Shown here piece after piece: positions 40,150-48,791 of a stretch of 64,000 nt of DNA (positions are counted from its first letter, which is position 1; every line of letters starts with the position of its first letter). Source of the stretch: Candidatus Poribacteria bacterium (lineage in GTDB: Bacteria; Poribacteria; WGA-4E; WGA-3G); contig OZ243938.1 in NCBI GenBank assembly GCA_965214095.1, forward strand, positions 3,040,001 to 3,104,000, written 5' to 3'. A model generated the notes under the pieces. That model was given only the letters and a program-made list of their open reading frames with translations. It was not told the DNA's origin and did not search any database. The translations under genes and the position numbers were made by a program.

Positions 40150-40616
40150 ACTATAGTTTGGACAGTTTTTTGAGGATTTGAACAGTGCTCTGGACAAGGA
40201 GCATCACAGTCATCATATCTATTTCTTGAATGATACACCTATCGCCCCGCTGGGGCTTGCATTGGTCGGGGCACATTTTCTATACACCATAGGCGTCAAT
40301 TTAGCGTCCTTCCAAGTACCGGTAGGTTCGGTTTCCTAACCGAACCGGCTTTGTGCTAAATACCTTCATAGAGGTTCTCGCGTAGGATCCGGTTCGGTTA
40401 GGAAACCGAACCTACCGTCCTGGGGAAAACGCCTAATTTACACTAAATTGACGCCCATGGGGCACATTTTTCTATACACATTCCGCCCCGCTGGGGCTGC
40501 TCATTTTGATGTTTTCACACTTTTTCATCAAAGTATTATCCTATCCAAAACTCACAATATATTGCAAATGCCAGCAATATCAGTATGTAACCAAGAGAAA
40601 TTGTCCAAACTATAGT
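40150..40616. mobile_element. Nested MITE/REPIN composite
   Basis: Outer 15-bp TIR actatagtttggaca / tgtccaaactatagt. Inner 18-bp TIR ccataggcgtcaatttag (40287) / ctaaattgacgcccatgg (40460). Innermost inverted REP pair at 40321-40416. Confidence 0.75.
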
Positions 40617-40776
40617 AAAACTAAATAACCCTACTAAATAGTCTTGCAATTCTTGACTTTTAATCCCAAATATGTTAAACTACATTTACTTGAATGGAAC
40701 ACCTCAAATCCACACGCTATGTTAACAACAACACAATTCTGTTGACAGACAAAAATAAAAACGTCACAAGGATAAT

Positions 40777-43700
40777 ATGTCAATTACCGATTATTTTAAC
40801 GGAAAAGTCTTGCTGATTACGGGTGGTACCGCCTTCCTCGGGCAACCAATGGTTGCCAAAATCCTGACCTCTCTTCCAAATGTCAAAAAAATATATCTTC
40901 TCATTCGGAATCGGGTTGAGTCAAACGGCAAAATCACTTCCGCACAAACACGATTTGAAAAAGAGTTGTTGACCTCCGATGTTTTTGAAGAATTACGTCA
41001 GAAACACGGCACTCAATTTGAAGAATGGGTTAAGGAAAAGATCACTCCTGTTGAAGGTGAACTCACAGATGAAAGACTCGGTTTCAGCGATGCCGACTAT
41101 CAACGTCTACAAAATGAAGTTGACATCTTTATTAATATCGCAGGACTCGTTCAGTTTGATCCGCCATTTGATGCCTCACTAAAAGGTAATACCTTCGCCG
41201 CTAAACATGTTGTGACTTTCGCAAAAGGTTGCTCAAATGCGGTTTTTCTCCATGTTTCCACTGCGTATGTCTGCGGTGACAGAACGGGTCATGTGCCAGA
41301 AGAACTCCATCCACCTTATGAACAATACGCACAAGAACATAACGAAAAAAGTCCAACGAAAATCCCCGCAACCCTCACAGAAGAGATTGATTATCTACTC
41401 TCTTTAAACCAATCCATACGTGATGAAGCTGAATCCGCTGAACAAATAGCACATTTTCAAGAGATTGCTGAAAAGCAATTAAAAGCAGACAAACGTAAAA
41501 GTCGAAAAAACATTGATACCCTCACTGAAGAGGTTAAGGAAGAATGGCTTGAGGAACGTCTGGTGGAAGCGGGACTGGAACACGCGCGGTCACGCGGATG
41601 GAACGACACATATACCTACATGAAATTCCTCGCCGAAGAGGTAATCATGGAAATGCGTGGCGACCTACCGACAGCCATCGTTCGTCCTTCCATCATTGAA
41701 AGTAGTATCGCGGAACCGCATCCAGGGTGGCTCGGTAAATATCGGATGTCCGAACCGCTCATCGTCGGTTTTGCAAAAGGAAGACTCCCCGATTTTCCCG
41801 CAGACCCAGATATTATTTTAGATATTGTGCCTGTTGATTTCGTAGTGAATGCAATGTTAGCCGCAGCAGAAGCCATCGCAGAAAGCGGTGGAATTGAGGT
41901 ATACCACGTCGCTACCGGCACACAAAATCCGCTCTACTTCCGCGGAATTGTAGAAGCTACCTATGACTATTTTACTAAAAATCCTATGATAGAAAACGGG
42001 CAACCTATTCCTGTTCCAGTTTGGCAATATCCCACTTTAGAGGAATTCCAACGAAAATTAGACAGTAAAATGCGTCTGCTTGACCGCGCAATGAAAGCAC
42101 TAACACTACTCCCCTTCAAATCCGCAAAACGACAAAGACGCAGATTGTTCATAAAACAGAGCAGCATAAAAGCAGCACTTCACTATATTCGGATTTACGC
42201 ACCTTATACCCGCACGAACTTTGAATTTGAAACAAAAAAGATGCAAGCACTTTATCAACAACTTTCGCCTGAAGAACAGAAAATGTTTAATTTTGATGTG
42301 TCTCAAATTCAATGGAAACAATACTTCCAAGATATACACATTCCAGGCATCAAAAGACACGTGCTTAAAATTGATGAGGATACACCCAAACAGAAAGAAG
42401 AATCTACACAAGAGGAAGCAGACGATTATCCTGCTCCGGCACCAAATCCTATAGATAACATTTCACCAAGTACAATCGTAGATTTAATTGAGATGCAGGC
42501 GAAACGAGTCCCTGATAGAATTGCTCTCCAGATGGTAACCGAAGATGAATGGGAACGGTATACTTACGCTGAAACCTACTCACATTCACGTCAAGCAGCA
42601 TACCAATTATGGAAAAACGGTTTGCAAAAAGGGGACAGAGTTGTTTTGGTATCAGAAAACCAACCTGAGTGGTGTATCGCCTACCTTGCCGCTTCGCAAA
42701 TCGGGTGTGCAGTTGTTCCACTTGACGCACAAACACCGATAAGAGAGATATTAGCCATCGCGGAGTTCACTACCGCAAAAGCAGTCTTAGCATCAGATGC
42801 TGTTTTAGCCAAATCAAAAACACAACTGACTGAGACAGATATACTCATACAAAACATCAACAAGTTTAACGAAACTGCCAATTTAAAAGACGAGATTCCA
42901 TCAGACTTTCCTAACGTAGAAATTACACCAGACACAGTTGCTTCTATTATCTTTACGATGGGAACAACGGTAGACCCAAAAGGGGCTATGCTAACGCATG
43001 GTGGATTTATCTCTAATGTGAAAGCAGTTGCCAAAGCATTACCACCAACAGATGAAGAACGCATCTTGTCCGCTTTGCCACTGTATCATGCATTGAGTTT
43101 TTCATGTAGTTTATTGATGACTCTTTATGGTGGTACTACCGCAACCTATGTCAACGCACTGCGTCCGACTACTCTTTTGAAAGCCATGCGTGAGGATAAA
43201 ACCACTGCATTTATCAGTGTACCCCGACTCTTTCAAATGCTACAAAGCACTATTGAACGACAAGCATCGCGGGAAGACACACCGGGAGAAACCATTACCG
43301 AAAAAGCAAAAAATGTAATGGGTGGAGACATCCGAGTCCTTGTCAGCGGTGGTGCTGCCCTTGACGATGCTACTTATGATGGATTTCAAAAACTCGGTCT
43401 AACACTTTATCAAGGCTACGGTATGACCGAAACAGCACCGGTCCTTAGCGTCAATCCTTATCTGAATAGTAAACGTGGGTCTGTCGGTCCTCCAGTTGAA
43501 GGTGTTGAATTTCAAGTTTTGAATCCAGATAGTAATGGAGTTGGTGAAATCATCGCAAAAGGTCCCAGTAATATGATAGGATACTATCACAATCAAGATG
43601 CAACCGAAAAGGCTGTCCAAGACGGTTGGCTTTATACAGGTGATCTTGGATACATTGATGAGGATGGTTACCTATTTCTCACAGGACACTGTAAAGATGT

Positions 43701-45012
43701 AATCGTTCCTGCTTCCGGCAAGAACATCTATCCAGTTGAATTAGAAAAACTGTACCAAAACTGTCCAGTCATTGATGAGATGTGCGTCGTTGGCATTCCC
43801 TACGAAGATGGGTTAGATACTGATGTTCATGCAGTAATTATTACAACCGATGACAAAGACAATACGAAAACAGAGGTCCATCATCACTTGCAGAAAATCG
43901 CTAAACAACTGCCGAGTTACCAACATTTTCACAAAACACACCTTTTTCAATCTCCTCTGCCAAAAACCGAAAACGGAGAAATTGACAGGAAAAAGGTTAA
44001 AGTAGAGTTAGAGGAACATCTTGCAAAAGAACAGACTATTATCTCAAATGAAGCAGAACAAGAATCTGAAAATATTCCAGAGGATATTTTAGCACCACTG
44101 GCAGGATTAGCACGGATGCCAGCAAATCAGATTCGTGGAGAAAACCGTTTGGATACCGATCTTGGACTCGATTCACTCACGCGCCTTGACTTGCTGATGC
44201 TCCTCGAATCCAGACTCGGTCAGACAATACCTGAAGCAATAGTTGCGAACTTGCAGACAGTCAACGATGTTGTTGAATTAACACAGACTTTTGCAGAAAC
44301 AGATGTAAATCAATCATCTGGAATATCAGAAAAACCTTTGAAATTGCGGGAAAAACCACATTGGTATGCACGTGCATTTCGTGCAGGTGTACGAAGTTTT
44401 TACAGACACCGTTTTTCATTTGAATGTTTCGGACTTGAAAACATACCACAAGACAAACCTTACATCATCACACCGAACCACGCAAGCCATTTAGATACGC
44501 TTACGGTGATTACAGCACTTGGTCAATATTCACACCGTATGTGGACGCTTGCCGCACGCGATTACTGGTTCGGTAACCGCTTTCAAGGATGGTTTGCACA
44601 CAATTGTCTCAACGCACTGCCTATTGAGCGCGACGGCAATTTTAGTCAGTTTCTACAAGATTTACGTATGGCAAATGCAGTTATGGAGCAAAACAATGGA
44701 TTGCTCATTTTCCCTGAAGGCACACGGTCGGTTGATGGAGAACTACAACCTTTCAAACCGGGTGTTCTCAGTCTACTAATTTATGGAGAACAGGTACCGA
44801 TAATACCGGCATACATTAAAGGCACATATCAAGCACTGCCAAAAGGACAAAACTTACCAAAAAAACATCCGATTCAGATCGCTTTTGGAGAACCACTTCT
44901 ATTTGAAGGCACACAAAACACAGACAACATCACGGAAAATTCGGAAATATACCAGAAATTTCTGACTGAACTTGAAACCCGTGTTGCTGAACTCAAACAA
45001 AAATTATCTTAG
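40777..45012 (+). CDS. ElbD-like multidomain lipid enzyme: fatty acyl-CoA reductase + adenylation-like domain + ACP + PlsC-type acyltransferase
   Basis: FAR motifs ITGGTAFLG, HVSTAYV, YTYMK, IVRPSII, PVDFV; AMP-binding fold QGYGMTE and YTGDLG; ACP DLGLDSL; acyltransferase NHASHLD and FPEGTRS. Confidence 0.88.
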   Translation: MSITDYFNGKVLLITGGTAFLGQPMVAKILTSLPNVKKIYLLIRNRVESNGKITSAQTRFEKELLTSDVFEELRQKHGTQFEEWVKEKITPVEGELTDERLGFSDADYQRLQNEVDIFINIAGLVQFDPPFDASLKGNTFAAKHVVTFAKGCSNAVFLHVSTAYVCGDRTGHVPEELHPPYEQYAQEHNEKSPTKIPATLTEEIDYLLSLNQSIRDEAESAEQIAHFQEIAEKQLKADKRKSRKNIDTLTEEVKEEWLEERLVEAGLEHARSRGWNDTYTYMKFLAEEVIMEMRGDLPTAIVRPSIIESSIAEPHPGWLGKYRMSEPLIVGFAKGRLPDFPADPDIILDIVPVDFVVNAMLAAAEAIAESGGIEVYHVATGTQNPLYFRGIVEATYDYFTKNPMIENGQPIPVPVWQYPTLEEFQRKLDSKMRLLDRAMKALTLLPFKSAKRQRRRLFIKQSSIKAALHYIRIYAPYTRTNFEFETKKMQALYQQLSPEEQKMFNFDVSQIQWKQYFQDIHIPGIKRHVLKIDEDTPKQKEESTQEEADDYPAPAPNPIDNISPSTIVDLIEMQAKRVPDRIALQMVTEDEWERYTYAETYSHSRQAAYQLWKNGLQKGDRVVLVSENQPEWCIAYLAASQIGCAVVPLDAQTPIREILAIAEFTTAKAVLASDAVLAKSKTQLTETDILIQNINKFNETANLKDEIPSDFPNVEITPDTVASIIFTMGTTVDPKGAMLTHGGFISNVKAVAKALPPTDEERILSALPLYHALSFSCSLLMTLYGGTTATYVNALRPTTLLKAMREDKTTAFISVPRLFQMLQSTIERQASREDTPGETITEKAKNVMGGDIRVLVSGGAALDDATYDGFQKLGLTLYQGYGMTETAPVLSVNPYLNSKRGSVGPPVEGVEFQVLNPDSNGVGEIIAKGPSNMIGYYHNQDATEKAVQDGWLYTGDLGYIDEDGYLFLTGHCKDVIVPASGKNIYPVELEKLYQNCPVIDEMCVVGIPYEDGLDTDVHAVIITTDDKDNTKTEVHHHLQKIAKQLPSYQHFHKTHLFQSPLPKTENGEIDRKKVKVELEEHLAKEQTIISNEAEQESENIPEDILAPLAGLARMPANQIRGENRLDTDLGLDSLTRLDLLMLLESRLGQTIPEAIVANLQTVNDVVELTQTFAETDVNQSSGISEKPLKLREKPHWYARAFRAGVRSFYRHRFSFECFGLENIPQDKPYIITPNHASHLDTLTVITALGQYSHRMWTLAARDYWFGNRFQGWFAHNCLNALPIERDGNFSQFLQDLRMANAVMEQNNGLLIFPEGTRSVDGELQPFKPGVLSLLIYGEQVPIIPAYIKGTYQALPKGQNLPKKHPIQIAFGEPLLFEGTQNTDNITENSEIYQKFLTELETRVAELKQKLS

Positions 45013-45020
45013 GAATTAAA

Positions 45021-45707
45021 TTGGAATCGCTTCAGAAAAATACAATCGCTTTCTTTGATGTAGACGGCACTTTGGTAAGCACAACTATTGTGCATTGTTA
45101 CGTCTGGCTTCGGACTTCATCGTTTTCTCGAATACAGAAACTATTCTGGACTATCGGTTTCTTACCAAAGGTCATCTACTATCTGATTTTAGATCGGATT
45201 AGTAGACCGCAGTTTAATCGGGTATTCTATAGAAATTATCGTGGAATGAACGCGGATACGTTAAAAACTTCAGCATCTGATATGTTCGAAAATTATCTGA
45301 AACACAAAATATATCCTGAAGCTATTACACAAATACAAGAACACAAAGAGCAAGGACACCAAGTTGTGCTTTTGACCGGTTCACTTGACTTCATTGTCAG
45401 TCCTATCGCTGAGTTTTTCGGTGCAGATTCAATATTAGCTCCTGAACTCATGGAGTTCGGAGGGAAGTTCACTGGTGAACTCACAACTGAACCGCTCATC
45501 GGAGAACAAAAGGCAATAGCGATGAAGAAGTTTAGTGAACAAACACAGATTCCACTTGATATATGCTATGCTTATAGTGACAGTCAATCTGATCTACCGA
45601 TGTTAAATGCAGTAGGCAAACCTGTCGCAGTCAATCCGAGCAAAGGCCTTCGCAAACAGGCACTTGAAGCAAACTGGGAAATCCACGAATGGATGAAGGC
45701 ATCTTGA
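45021..45707 (+). CDS. HAD-IB family phosphatase
   Basis: AFFDVDGTL, LLTGS, AYSDSQSDLPML and AVNP. Starts 8 bp after the ElbD-like gene. Confidence 0.9.
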   Translation: MESLQKNTIAFFDVDGTLVSTTIVHCYVWLRTSSFSRIQKLFWTIGFLPKVIYYLILDRISRPQFNRVFYRNYRGMNADTLKTSASDMFENYLKHKIYPEAITQIQEHKEQGHQVVLLTGSLDFIVSPIAEFFGADSILAPELMEFGGKFTGELTTEPLIGEQKAIAMKKFSEQTQIPLDICYAYSDSQSDLPMLNAVGKPVAVNPSKGLRKQALEANWEIHEWMKAS

Positions 45708-45729
45708 TTATATAGATAAGGAGAAAAAA

Positions 45730-45942
45730 ATGGAAGTCAAACGTTATTTTGAATCAATGTCTGAACCACAAGACACAATGTATGTTGAAATTGCAGGAAT
45801 GCATCGCTTTACGCGCCGTGGAGATGATTGGACAAAATTCCGTGAGGATCTCATCGAACTGCTTGAACAGACAATCTCTGAAGACCTTTCAAAAGAATTT
45901 GCCAAAGCCACAGAGAATTGGGAAAATGAGGAATTGGGATAA
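45730..45942 (+). CDS. Small acidic hypothetical protein
   Basis: Strong AAGGAG RBS, 70 aa, in line with the operon. Confidence 0.65.
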   Translation: MEVKRYFESMSEPQDTMYVEIAGMHRFTRRGDDWTKFREDLIELLEQTISEDLSKEFAKATENWENEELG

Positions 45943-45995
45943 TTATCTACTCCATCTTATAAAATTATCCTAGGCGACCACCAACAAAGAACTTT

Positions 45996-46787
45996 ATGGA
46001 GAAGACTATGAACACCCTATATGACTTTAAAATAAAACAAAAAAAATATATACCAGTCTTTCCAAAGGCAACTGGAAAGCCGACTATTTACATAGAAGGG
46101 TATCCCTATGAGGACGATGAACCTATGGCAGCAACAGGATTTCACGCTGATCAGATCACTACGTTTTCTGATCAACTTTCACGCTATTTCGCGATTAATG
46201 AACACATATATATCGGGGTTGACAATTTCATCTACTATAAGGAAGGTGACATGTCAAAAGTAGTTGCACCTGATATTTATGTTGTGTTTGGTGTAGATAA
46301 ATACCCACAACGGCGTAGTTTTTACACGTGGTCAGAAGGTGCAGTACCGATAGTAGTCTTTGAGTTTCTTTCCGATGCGACTGCAGATAAAGATCGGCAC
46401 GAAAAAGTACAAGTGTATTTGCAAGATATGAGTGCTCAAGAATACTTTATCCATCAACCTGAGATGGAAAAACCTGCGGAGTTCCAAGGATGGCAGCGGA
46501 TGCCTTCGGGAGATATCGTAGAGATAGAACCAGATACAGAAGGTGGACTGTTTAGCGAAGCATTGAACCTTTGGTTCCGTTGGGAAGATAATCAGAATAC
46601 GCAGGTGAGACTCATGCGTCCGTATCTCCCCGATGGCACACCTATAATGACATCTATGGAAGAAAAGCACATGCGGGAAGAAGCACAACACCTTCATGAG
46701 GCAGCGGAAGCGAAGGTAAGTGAATTAGAAACTGAGATAGAACGGTTACGCGCACAAATCGCAAACACAAAATACGAAAGTGCATGA
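45996..46787 (+). CDS. Uma2 (DUF820) family endonuclease-like protein
   Basis: YPYEDDEPMA, VAPDIYVVFG, VFEFLS..T...D...K and a C-terminal coiled coil. Confidence 0.85.
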   Translation: MEKTMNTLYDFKIKQKKYIPVFPKATGKPTIYIEGYPYEDDEPMAATGFHADQITTFSDQLSRYFAINEHIYIGVDNFIYYKEGDMSKVVAPDIYVVFGVDKYPQRRSFYTWSEGAVPIVVFEFLSDATADKDRHEKVQVYLQDMSAQEYFIHQPEMEKPAEFQGWQRMPSGDIVEIEPDTEGGLFSEALNLWFRWEDNQNTQVRLMRPYLPDGTPIMTSMEEKHMREEAQHLHEAAEAKVSELETEIERLRAQIANTKYESA

Positions 46788-46883
46788 CAAACACCATCCA
46801 TTAGGATAAAATAAGAATTGCTTAACTACAACCATTTACAAATTGCGTTCTCAACCGAAACGGGAGTCTAAACAAACGGATAT

Positions 46884-48779
46884 ATGAGTACATTCTATGT
46901 CACCACCCCTATCTACTACGCCAACGGTGAACCTCATGCCGGACACGCCTACACCACCATCGCTGCGGATGCATTAGCACGATACCACCGAATCAAAGGG
47001 GATGAAGTTTCTTTTCTTACTGGCGTTGATGAACACGGAGCAAACATTGATAAAACAGCTGAAAGCGAAGGACTGGCACCACAAGTATTCTGCGATAAGT
47101 TAGCACCAATTTTCACTAAGTTGTGGGAACGTCTAAATATATCAAATGACATCTTTCTCCGAACAACAAGTGAACTACACAAACGCGGCATAAAAAAGTT
47201 CCTTACTGCCCTATATGAAAGCGGAGATGTCTACAAAGCCCCGTACGAAGGACATTACTGTCGTCCGTGTGAACGTTTTTTTCCTGAGAAAGAACTAACA
47301 GATGAAAAGATCTGTCCTGTCCATAAATTGCCGTTAGAATGGGTGAAAGAGGAAAACTACTTTTTTAGACTATCCAAATATCAAGATCGGTTATTACAAC
47401 ATTATAGCGATAATCCTGATTTCGTATATCCAGAAAGCAGACGGAATGAACTATTGAACGTGCTGGAGTCAGGATTAGAGGATACAAGCATCTCACGTTC
47501 CTCTGTTTCGTGGGGAATACCCTTACCATTTGACCCAGAACACATCGCCTATGTCTGGATAGATGCATTACCCAACTACATAACCGCTCTCGGTTATGAT
47601 GCCGATAGCGAAAAATATCGGACATTTTGGCCCGCGAATGTTCACATGATGGCAAAGGAAATTACCCGATTTCACGCTCTTCTTTGGCCCGCCATGCTAA
47701 TGGCCGCTGACTTACCACTTCCTAAGCAGATAGTCGCACACGGTTGGTTGACGAAAGATGGTGAGGCACTCAGCAAGACACGCGGCATCTTCATTGATAT
47801 GGATGGAGACATCGCAACTTACGGTGTGGATGCATTCCGGTATTATCTCATGCGGGAGTTTAGTTTCGGCAACGATGGCGACTACCGTCCCACTCGCTTA
47901 CATCAACGCTACAACGCTGATCTCGCTAATGATTTAGGTAATCTGCTGAATCGCGTTCTCGGTTTAGTTAACAAGAACTTTGATGGAATCCCAGCACCGT
48001 CAACTCCAGATGATATTGACGTAGAAATCGTGGAGATGGCACAGACCACATCCGAAAAATTAGATGAACACATGGCAACCTTCGCCTTTGATAGTGCATT
48101 AGAGACAATCTGGGAATTTGTGCGACGTGTCAACCGATACGTACAACAAACTGAAGTGTGGACACTTGCAAAACCAGAAACAATGCCGAGGATGGGAACT
48201 ATCCTCTATAATTGTTTAGAAGCGTTACGATATATATCTGTGCTGATTTCACCTTATGTGCCTGAAACTGCTGAGAAAATTCAGAAACAGATCGGTCTAT
48301 CAGACTTCGATACCGTTGCAGAATGGGGACGTTTACCTGTTGACATAAAAGTAAGTAGAGGTGAACCTATCTTCCCGCGTATTAATCTGAAAAAAGAAAA
48401 AACACCACAACCGAAAGAAAGCACAAAACAGGAAAAGAAAACAAAAGAGCAAAAATCCAATCTCATATCCTTCGCAGATTTCCAGAAAATGGATCTACGT
48501 GTTGGATCCGTCATATCTGCTGAACCGATTGAAGATGCGGATCGTCTCCTCAAATTGCAAGTAGACCTTGGAACAGAGGAAAGGCAGGTTGTCGCAGGAA
48601 TAGCAGAACACTATAAGCCAGATGCACTCATCGGAAAACAGGTTATTGTTGTTGTCAATTTAGAACCTGCGACCATACGCAATGTAGAATCACATGGAAT
48701 GATCCTCGCTGCAAGTGATGATTCTGTTGTGTTGGTAAGTCCTGAGACTGAAGTTCCTCTCGGTACACAGGTAAGATAA
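46884..48779 (+). CDS. metG: Methionine--tRNA ligase
   Basis: FYVTTPIYYAN, HAGH, TGVDEHG, Zn knuckle, YVWIDAL and C-terminal tRNA-binding domain. Confidence 0.97.
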   Translation: MSTFYVTTPIYYANGEPHAGHAYTTIAADALARYHRIKGDEVSFLTGVDEHGANIDKTAESEGLAPQVFCDKLAPIFTKLWERLNISNDIFLRTTSELHKRGIKKFLTALYESGDVYKAPYEGHYCRPCERFFPEKELTDEKICPVHKLPLEWVKEENYFFRLSKYQDRLLQHYSDNPDFVYPESRRNELLNVLESGLEDTSISRSSVSWGIPLPFDPEHIAYVWIDALPNYITALGYDADSEKYRTFWPANVHMMAKEITRFHALLWPAMLMAADLPLPKQIVAHGWLTKDGEALSKTRGIFIDMDGDIATYGVDAFRYYLMREFSFGNDGDYRPTRLHQRYNADLANDLGNLLNRVLGLVNKNFDGIPAPSTPDDIDVEIVEMAQTTSEKLDEHMATFAFDSALETIWEFVRRVNRYVQQTEVWTLAKPETMPRMGTILYNCLEALRYISVLISPYVPETAEKIQKQIGLSDFDTVAEWGRLPVDIKVSRGEPIFPRINLKKEKTPQPKESTKQEKKTKEQKSNLISFADFQKMDLRVGSVISAEPIEDADRLLKLQVDLGTEERQVVAGIAEHYKPDALIGKQVIVVVNLEPATIRNVESHGMILAASDDSVVLVSPETEVPLGTQVR

Positions 48780-48791
48780 CGCCGTGCTATC

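Noticed and set aside
47755-47785. MetG KMSKS motif reads ALSKT
   Set aside because: This motif varies among class I synthetases and the rest of the enzyme is canonical.
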